Positions 35,884 to 44,273 of a DNA stretch of 44,273 nucleotides are shown in pieces. Position 1 is the stretch's first letter. The number at the start of each line of letters is the position of its first letter. The DNA lies in assembly GCF_001194135.2 (NCBI RefSeq), contig NC_068997.1, forward strand, positions 17,285,755 through 17,330,027. The letters run 5' to 3'. The notes beneath the pieces were generated by a model. The model had not been told where the DNA came from and did not search any database. It worked only from the letters and a program-made list of their open reading frames with translations. The position numbers and the translations under genes are program-made. This stretch comes from Octopus bimaculoides. Lineage: Eukaryota.

Positions 35884-36547
35884 TTGACTGCATTTACTAC
35901 GTACGTTGCAAAACTTTGCGTAATAAATAAGACATACATGTTTACACAAGCCCTTCTTCAGGTAAGACATTTCAAAGTATGAATCAACTTGTGAAATTCG
36001 TTCTATGTATTTGGTCAGTGCTGTAGAAATCGGTTACTAACCATAGCTGTGCAATTACTTATGGAAGTGAATGCAATCTATCTATCTCTATATATGCAGT
36101 TACAAATAAAATGCTTTTTATGTGCATATTTGTGAGTATTACCGTGTGTTCTTTGATCTGTTGCATGTGTCGGAGATTGTTTGCATATATATGAATCGAA
36201 GTCATTACAAATGGAATTTTATTTAGTATTAACTTATTCAAAGTCAAAGACAACGAGCCTATAAAAAGATTTAATTGTATTTTAAAGAAATACTTTTATT
36301 GTGGGAGTAAAATGTAAAACTGAATTCATCACTTATGAATAATATCTGAATTATTTTTAGTAAATGTTAAACAATTTTCCACATGTTTTGGTTTATTCTA
36401 ATCTCATTTTAAAACGATATAATTGCGGTTATTGACTGAATTGTTACAGCGTCGGATGATAACAAATGCTTTACTTTTAACTGTTTCAGATTTTATATAT
36501 AAACGATTTACTCAGTAATCCCTCTCTCTGCAGAATACTATTGTTGC

Positions 36548-36775
36548 ATATTAGTTTCAAATTTTGGTTTAAGGCCAGCAGTTTGGGGAGATGGGGGTAA
36601 ATCGATTATAGGACCCTAGTATTTAACTGATACTTATTTTATAGACTCCAAAGAGATGAAAGGCAAAATAATAATAAATAAATCAGAGTGGAATTCGAAC
36701 TCAGAACGTTAAGACGAACAAAATACCACCGAGCTTTTCACCCAGCGTGCTTACGCTTCTGCCAGATCGCCGCCT
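36548..36775 (-). mobile_element. SINE family C, type-III tail, diverged
   Basis: ATATTAGTTTCAAATTTTGG..AAGGCCAGCAG at the left end and TTCTGCCAGATCGCCGCC at the right end. Confidence 0.82.
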
Positions 36776-37088
36776 GCTGTGGCTACATATTAGTATCATA
36801 AAACAATAATGAATATTGCAGTTGTCAACAACGTTGTCACATATTGTTAATGTATATATTACTGTCGCTATTGCAGTCGTTATAGACAACAGTGTGTTTA
36901 GTGGCTTGGCAACTGTTACTAGTTTGAGTTGTTATCATTTATTATTATTCAGCATCATCTCAATCAAACTAATAAATAAATGGCACTTTAGTTATGCATT
37001 CTCGACTTTTCCTCGAAATCCGCACAAAAACGAGCGATGCTGCGCATTATGCGCATACGAGTTGTAAGTAACTGCTAGGTGTAATATT

Positions 37089-37519
37089 TTTTTCTTCTCT
37101 AGGCACAAGGCCCGAAATTTTGGGGGTGGGGGCCAGTCGAATGGATCGACTCCAGTACGCAACTGGTACTTAATCTATCGACCCAGAAAGGATGAAAGGC
37201 AAAGTCGACCTCGACAGAATTTGAACTCAGAACGTAAAGACATACGAAATACCGCTAAGCATTTCGCCCGGCATGCTAACGTTTCTCATTTCGTTATTGC
37301 CCACAAGGGGCTAAACATAGAGGGGACAAACAAGGACAGACAAAGGGATTAAGTCGATTATATCGACCCCAGTGCGTAACTGGTACTTAATTTATCCACC
37401 CCGAAAGGATAAAAGGCAAAGTCGACCTCGGCGGAATTTGAACTCAGAACGTAACCGCAGACGAAATACAGCTAAGCATTTCGCCCGGCGTGCTAACGTT
37501 TCTGTCTGCTCGCCGCCTT
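37089..37519 (-). mobile_element. Dimeric SINE family C (unit 1 + type-I linker + unit 2 + type-II tail)
   Basis: Two head-to-tail C bodies flanked by a 17-bp TSD CTGCT(A/T)GGTGTAATATT at 37072-37088 and 37520-37536. Confidence 0.93.
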
Positions 37520-37531
37520 CTGCTTGGTGTA

Positions 37532-37744
37532 ATATTGGTTTAAACATCTGATACAAGGCCATCTGTTTCGGGGGAACGGGCTAAGTCAATTACATCGATC
37601 CCAGTGCTCAACTGATACTTATTTTATCGATGGTTGAAAGGCAAAGTTCTCCTCGGCGGAAATCGAATTCAGAACGTAATGACAAAGGAAATATCGTTGA
37701 GCATTTTGTCCGGTGTGGGAACGATCCTGCCAGCTCATCGGCCG
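37532..37744 (-). mobile_element. SINE family C, type-III tail, older
   Basis: ATACAAGGCCATCTGTTTCGGGGG...ATCGATCCCAGTG...CCTGCCAGCTCATCGGCC. Confidence 0.82.
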
Positions 37745-37772
37745 GCTGCTTGTATTAATATTAGTAGAAGCT

Positions 37773-37991
37773 AAGACGGCCAGCTGGCAGAATCGTCAGC
37801 ACGCCGGGCGAAATGCGTAGTGGTATTTCGTCTGTCTTTATGTTCTGCGTTTAAATTCCGCCAAGGTCGACGATGCCTTTCATTCGTTCAGGATCAATAA
37901 AATAAGTACCAGTGGAACACAGAGGTCGCTGTGATCATTTTATTCTCTCGCCGAACTTGCTGGCGTTGAGCCAAAATTTGAAATCCATATT
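37773..37991 (+). mobile_element. SINE family C, type-III tail
   Basis: AAGACGGCCAGCTGGCAGAATCGTCAGC...GAGCCAAAATTTGAAATCCATATT. Confidence 0.87.
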
Positions 37992-38155
37992 AGTAGTAGC
38001 TGCTGCTCTCGTAGCAGCATATTTGTAATATTATCATCACTGACAACAGCAGCAGCAGTATTATTATTATTATTATTAGTAGTAGTAGTAGTAGTAGAGG
38101 CAGCAGCAGTTGTTGCTGTTGTTTTGTTGGTAGTGGCGACGGTGGTGGTGATACT
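37990..38155. repeat. Compound trinucleotide tract (AGT/GCT/AGC/ATT/GTT/GGT) following the SINE tail
   Basis: Read directly from the sequence. Confidence 0.85.
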
Positions 38156-40614
38156 CCTGTTGTTTAAACTTGGGATCTGATCCAATGGATTATCCCAAAT
38201 AATATCATTTTCTCTGCTTCAGTGTCTGAATAGTCGATTAACCAGTGTGACTACTCTTTATCATAAGATATAAACTTGTTATTTTAAGAATATTTTACTA
38301 TTACGTCTTAGAAAACTGAGAAACCATGTTAGAGCTTCTTACCACAGAGTCGGTAGTACGAAGGTTAGGCTGGATTTTCTCATATTGCATGTTGTAGCAA
38401 TGTTCGGAGACAAATTCACGAATTCATGGACGTTGTAACTATTCCTGTCCATACCTGATATTCATATTGTGATCATAGATATTTCACTTATAAATTGCGT
38501 TAATTATTTTATGGTATTTCTTGTTTAACGTCTCTGTATTTAGTAATACATTCTGAGGAAATTTGGTTCTTTAAAACATTTTTAGTATAGCGGTGTGCCA
38601 CATAAGATAACGGACCAGATGATCTCTTTGCGAGCACGGAACTAGCTAAATATAGCAACAAAATTCACTTCTATCAACTCTGCCCTCTTAACAATACAAT
38701 GATATATTGGAGATCGTTTTCTTAGGAATATAGAAAAAGAGTAGAAATATTCACTATTAAAATACTTTCGATCATGGGCCGGCATTGTCAAGCCGAGTAA
38801 AAACTGAACGACAGCAACGAGCCTGCACACTCGGTATGTCTCTGAACGAGATAAAGTTCTAGAAAGTATATTCCAGATTAAATAATAAAAAGAATAAAAA
38901 ATCAGAAGTCGATGCTGCACTTTTATATTTTTGCATCAAACATCATAGTATCTTCGTGGACTGAAAATTGCAGACTTCAAGTATTGTCAAATTTTATACT
39001 GTAGTAACAGAATAACTAAGTTCAAACGTATCGATGGTTTTTATGTATTATCTAAAAGCGTAATAGATGCAGTAACGATTTAATGATATTCATTGCTATG
39101 TTTGAATTTGTCGTAACACTGCAGTTATTTCTTACTTATTTTCAGTATGTTAATATAATCGTTAACACAGTTATATTGGCGCTCGTTTTCCTGGTATTAA
39201 TTATTGTCTATTAAATTTATTTCGTTTTATTTTTTTGGAGACTATAAACGTTATCACTCTTTCATTAAGAATTACTGCAGGTTTTTGTACTGGATATTGA
39301 TACAGCAGTTATAGTTCGTGTTTTATGCAATTTTTGTTGCCATTAACGCAGTTGTTGCCATTGTTGTTGCTTCTGCCGTTGTTTCTGTTTCTTAATTATT
39401 TCTTATTCGATGTGAGCGCGCGTTATAAATTCTACTACTTCCTCTCTGTTTTCATCACCATTTTTCTCTCACACTCTCTCTCAATCTCTCTGTCTCCTTC
39501 CTTCTTTCTGCTCTTTTTGTCTTTTAATCTCTTATATCTCACCAATTTTTTTTTTTGTTAATAGTGATGCTACCATATGTAGAGGAATGGGCAACGTCAG
39601 ATGATATTAAAAGCTGATGGAATTTAATGCCAAGCTAATCAGAAAGATAAAAACTACAAAAGCCTTCAAGCAAGACAAATCAATGAAACTAAAAGAAGAG
39701 AAATGTTCATTTCACTGGCAAATTACCAACTTCAACTAAAAATACTTGGTAAAATTCGCATTTCGGAGATAACACAAAAGGAATGAGATATAGGTCAAAG
39801 AATGAATTCTTGTTTGGTCGTCTGGAAAATGCACACGACCAGAACTACTGACCAATTTGTTGTTACTATAATACTTTACCGTATTTTAACATCGCTGTGT
39901 TAAAACAACATAATTACTACATTTATGTAGGCGATCACGCAGACAAGCTTCACGTGTTTAGCAGTTGTTGTTGTTGCTATTGTTGTTGGCGTTGTAATTT
40001 TTATTGTTATTAATGCTGTTTAGCCCCAGGTCAGCGCTAGTCTAGGAGACCATTCTATGGCGTGAGGGCCTTCTCGACGTGATTATAATGCCGTTTTCTT
40101 TTCGAAATTTGCTATTCAAATATGTCGATTTTAAAGACGATATGTTTGAGTGATTTCAGGGAAATGTGTATCCGATATGCTGGGCGGTGTGTGAATACAT
40201 GTTACCATCATCGATTATTTCGTTGATTCCAATATTAGAAAGCTCTTGTATTTGTCTTACACCTAAAACTTCTTTTACATTAAATCGTAATTTGTGGAAA
40301 ATGTCGTTGTTAACAGTTTTCTAATGGACCAATCACCGGTCCAGTGTATTTTTGCCGGAGGAAGTGAAACGGAAGTGTTTAACTGGGTTATTTAAAGGTT
40401 CTTCGCTCCTGAACACCGATCTTTTGGTCTATATCTCTCGTCGACGTATATCTACGTAAGTTATATACACATATCTACACACGCACGCACATACACACAA
40501 ACACACACATACATATATACATGCAAGCAAAACGATAGCAATGTAGTAGAAGCATGCTGGACCAATAACATAGATGTTTGTCGATGGAAACTACGCTCAG
40601 TCGAGACAAATAAT

Positions 40615-41005
40615 TTAGGCTCTGTGGTAAGAAATTTGCTTCCCAACGATATGGATCCGGATTCAGTCCCACTGTGTGGTATCTGAAGCAAATGTCTTTT
40701 ACTATAGCCACTGGCTGACCAAAGACTTGTGTTTAGGTTTCGTTGACTGAAGCTGAAACAAAATATCTATGCGTGTTTTTGTGTCCCTGTTTCTCCTCTA
40801 CCACTACTTGATAACCGGCGATAGTGTGTTTACGTTCTTGTAAGCTAGCGCTTCAGTAAAAGAAAACAACGAAATAGGTACCAGGTTTAAGCAAATAATA
40901 CATCATTTCTGAGGTCGAATCGTTTGACTAAAATTCTTCAAGGCACCACTCCAGTTTGGTCACGGTCTAATAAATGAAACAAGTAAATTCAAAAGATAAA
41001 GAATA
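40615..41005 (+). mobile_element. SINE family B, diverged, without an expanded internal microsatellite
   Basis: Head GGCTCTGTGGTAAG..CTTCCCAAC, centre only TATCTATGCGTGTTTTTGTG, and tail GAAACAAGTAAA..AAAAGATAAAGAATA running into the gap at 41012-41156. Confidence 0.82.
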
Positions 41006-41156
41006 TATATANNNNNNNNNNNNNNNNNNNNNNNNNNNNNNNNNNNNNNNNNNNNNNNNNNNNNNNNNNNNNNNNNNNNNNNNNNNNNNNNNNNNNNNNN
41101 NNNNNNNNNNNNNNNNNNNNNNNNNNNNNNNNNNNNNNNNNNNNNNNNNNNNNNNN

Positions 41157-41315
41157 TTATTCTATCGGTTTCTTTTGCGAATCGCTAAATTACGCGGACG
41201 TAAACACACCATCGGTTGTCAAGTGATGGTGGGGGGACAAACATAGACACACGAACATATACATATATACATGCATACATACATACATGCATACATACAT
41301 ACATACATACATACA

Positions 41316-41356
<41 letters not shown>

Positions 41357-41518
41357 GGTGGGTTCCTTTGGGTTTCCCTCTACCAAATCCACTCACAAGG
41401 CTTTGGTCGACCCGAGGCCATAGTAGAAGACATTTGCCCAAAGTGCTACGCAGTGGAACTGAACTCGGAACCATGTGTCTGGGAAGCAAGCTTCTTACAT
41501 CGCACACACGCCTGCGCC
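41157..41518 (-). mobile_element. SINE family B with internal microsatellite (about 41245-41355); 3' end lies in the gap
   Basis: CCAAATCCACTCACAAGGCTTTGGTCGACCCGAGG...CACGCCTGCGCC is the reverse complement of the B head. Confidence 0.9.
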
Positions 41519-41530
41519 TATATATATGTT

Positions 41531-41570
<40 letters not shown>

Positions 41571-42799
41571 AGACAGTATTAATAATAGACATGTAATCGA
41601 AACTGTGCAGTGCTTTACTCATCAGCCATTTATACATTTTGTACAATTTCTCCATTATATATTGATATGTATACACACACACACGTATACATACGTAGAT
41701 ACTTTCTTACATGTATATGAATAGACATTCAGTTATGTATAGAAAGTCATAAAACGTACCAAAGAGAGCAGCGCTCAACGTATTTGGTTTTAGTTGGAAG
41801 TTTATACATGTTTGATTCAGCTCCACATGACATTAAGTTTCGTTTGATGTGAATTGCATCACATGTTCGGAGACAGAATGGAGTGTTTGAAAAAAAAAAT
41901 TAAGAAGGCTTCTAGGTATTTAAGCTTTTAATGGTTAGTTCAAATGACGTGCTTTGAAAGCTATGAAAGTAACAACACTAATCCTTATTTATAGTTCTAT
42001 GTCATCGGAAAGGACATTTGTGGCTTCAGAACCTCGTATTTGCAGTTGCACATCGTGGGTGACAAATGATAGCAGGAGTATGTATGCTCAGTTATTGTTA
42101 AGTGGATTGTGATCACCTTCGTGGTAGTAGTTTTTATTTTGGAATAACAATTCTGATGGTGTGGGGTTATAATAGAAATTGCTAGATCAACATAGGTAGC
42201 CTCTAGTTCGTATGATCGTCAGATATTATATAATCTTCCTCGGCATATTGTTGAACTAGGACCTCGGGTAGTATATCGTATTTTTCAGTTACTAAGAAAC
42301 TAAAGTTCTTTAACAAGAAGTAGCTCTGTTAGCAAATACAGAATCATTCATTCTTCCTGTTTGCGGATATTGTAGCTGGTAGCATATGTATAGTAAGAAG
42401 TGGTGCCAGACTTGAAAACTCCATCTGAGGTAGAGGATGTCATTTCGATGGGTAAGTAGTCTGCAGATGATGCGAGACATGAAGGTGGCGCTTTAGCCAA
42501 CTCGTCAACTGATGAAGTGCATGTGAAGTATATAACTTCCCTTGAATGTACTGGTTGTCATACCATGTCATACAGTCGGTTGGTGGGGTGAGGTGTGTGG
42601 GGAACATTAAAAGCTACAGCCTTTGAGATACATGATATTACCAGTGGGCAAGTGGTAGGAATTCTAGAGTTACAGGGTTACAGGTTAGTCTTCGAAGTGG
42701 AAGTGTGTGCAGGTGTATGTTTTTGCCTCTTTAAGCGTGAGACGTATGAAGCGATGTTGTCGAAAGACGAGTAACTAAACTTCATGTTATAAAGTTTGG

Positions 42800-42819
42800 A
42801 GCACGTACACACCCAGACG

Positions 42820-42877
<58 letters not shown>

Positions 42878-42927
42878 TACACACACGCAAACAAACAAAC
42901 AAACATGCATACATACATACATACATA
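42800..42927. repeat. (CA)n/(ATAC)n before the gap at 42928-43602
   Basis: Read directly from the sequence. Confidence 0.9.
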
Positions 42928-43974
42928 NNNNNNNNNNNNNNNNNNNNNNNNNNNNNNNNNNNNNNNNNNNNNNNNNNNNNNNNNNNNNNNNNNNNNNNNN
43001 NNNNNNNNNNNNNNNNNNNNNNNNNNNNNNNNNNNNNNNNNNNNNNNNNNNNNNNNNNNNNNNNNNNNNNNNNNNNNNNNNNNNNNNNNNNNNNNNNNNN
43101 NNNNNNNNNNNNNNNNNNNNNNNNNNNNNNNNNNNNNNNNNNNNNNNNNNNNNNNNNNNNNNNNNNNNNNNNNNNNNNNNNNNNNNNNNNNNNNNNNNNN
43201 NNNNNNNNNNNNNNNNNNNNNNNNNNNNNNNNNNNNNNNNNNNNNNNNNNNNNNNNNNNNNNNNNNNNNNNNNNNNNNNNNNNNNNNNNNNNNNNNNNNN
43301 NNNNNNNNNNNNNNNNNNNNNNNNNNNNNNNNNNNNNNNNNNNNNNNNNNNNNNNNNNNNNNNNNNNNNNNNNNNNNNNNNNNNNNNNNNNNNNNNNNNN
43401 NNNNNNNNNNNNNNNNNNNNNNNNNNNNNNNNNNNNNNNNNNNNNNNNNNNNNNNNNNNNNNNNNNNNNNNNNNNNNNNNNNNNNNNNNNNNNNNNNNNN
43501 NNNNNNNNNNNNNNNNNNNNNNNNNNNNNNNNNNNNNNNNNNNNNNNNNNNNNNNNNNNNNNNNNNNNNNNNNNNNNNNNNNNNNNNNNNNNNNNNNNNN
43601 NNACACTTTATGCCAAGTGAAGTTCAGAAAAATCAACAACCACATCTTTCTAGAGATCATCGGAAAAACACAAGTTTTAAATTAAGCTATATGGAAAGTT
43701 GAAAATACGAAAATATAATAAAAAAACAAAACAAAGGAAAAGATGAACAGTGACAATCATAACAAACAGAAACAGTGATGTGGTTGAAGTTAGTAAAAAT
43801 TAGAGAAATATACATAAATTGATTAAATGCCAAAATTATCGGCTTCACATGGAAGAAAATAAACATCTATCATAGTGTGATAACACTGATAGAAAGTCTC
43901 ATTAAATTAGTGATATAATAAAATTGGAACATAATTTAATAAGATGAAAGAGCGAACTACTGATATGCCTCCGA

Positions 43975-44215
43975 ATAACATGTATGTATGTTTATATGCA
44001 TGTATATATGCAGGTATGTATGTCTGTGTGTAGGCAGTAATGTACATATATATGCATGTATGTATGCATGTATGTATGCGTGTATGTATTTATGTATGCA
44101 CGTATGTATGTATGTATATATGCATGTATGCATGTAGCTATATATGCATCTATCGTCTGTTGGTCTGTATGTATATATGTATGCATGTATATAGGTCACC
44201 CTGTCTGTCTGTCAG

Positions 44216-44255
<40 letters not shown>

Positions 44256-44273
44256 TATATATATATATATATA
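43975..44273. repeat. (TATG)n, (CT)n, (CA)n, (TA)n compound tract
   Basis: Read directly from the sequence. Confidence 0.9.

Noticed and set aside
38400-41875. 13-bp exact repeat ATGTTCGGAGACA at 38400 and 41863
   Set aside because: Flanks do not align, and matches of this length are expected by chance in 44 kb.
42300-42700. Possible ancient CR1/L2-type LINE relic on the minus strand (LPLAH, YFTCTSSVDELAKAPP)
   Set aside because: Motif spacing does not fit the family pattern I remember and frames are broken, so it is unsupported without a search.

Overview
AT-rich, repeat-saturated animal genomic DNA, intergenic or deep intronic. It contains 15 N-gaps (about 4.25 kb in total), almost all bordered by (TA)n/(TG)n microsatellites, which is typical of a short-read draft assembly. 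The repeat repertoire looks like an Octopus genome (inference from remembered octopus SINE sequences, not verified). I find no supportable host protein-coding exon, tRNA, rRNA or CRISPR array. Nearly all ORF-track entries are microsatellite or gap artefacts. Supported content: (i) three decayed IS630-Tc1-mariner DNA transposons, namely a full-length DD34D mariner with TIRs (204-1480), a Tc1-like fragment with a directly countable DD36E spacing (10943-11738) and a maT/DD37D-like 3' end (8046-8340); (ii) about 30 copies or fragments of four tRNA-headed SINE families, given working names A-D here; (iii) many simple and higher-order tandem repeats. The most interesting observations are the DD36E (Incomer-like) fossil, a SINE family (B) with an expanding internal microsatellite, a dimeric SINE bounded by a 17-bp TSD, a stem-loop module shared by two SINE families, and two imperfect hammerhead-like motif arrangements (speculative).
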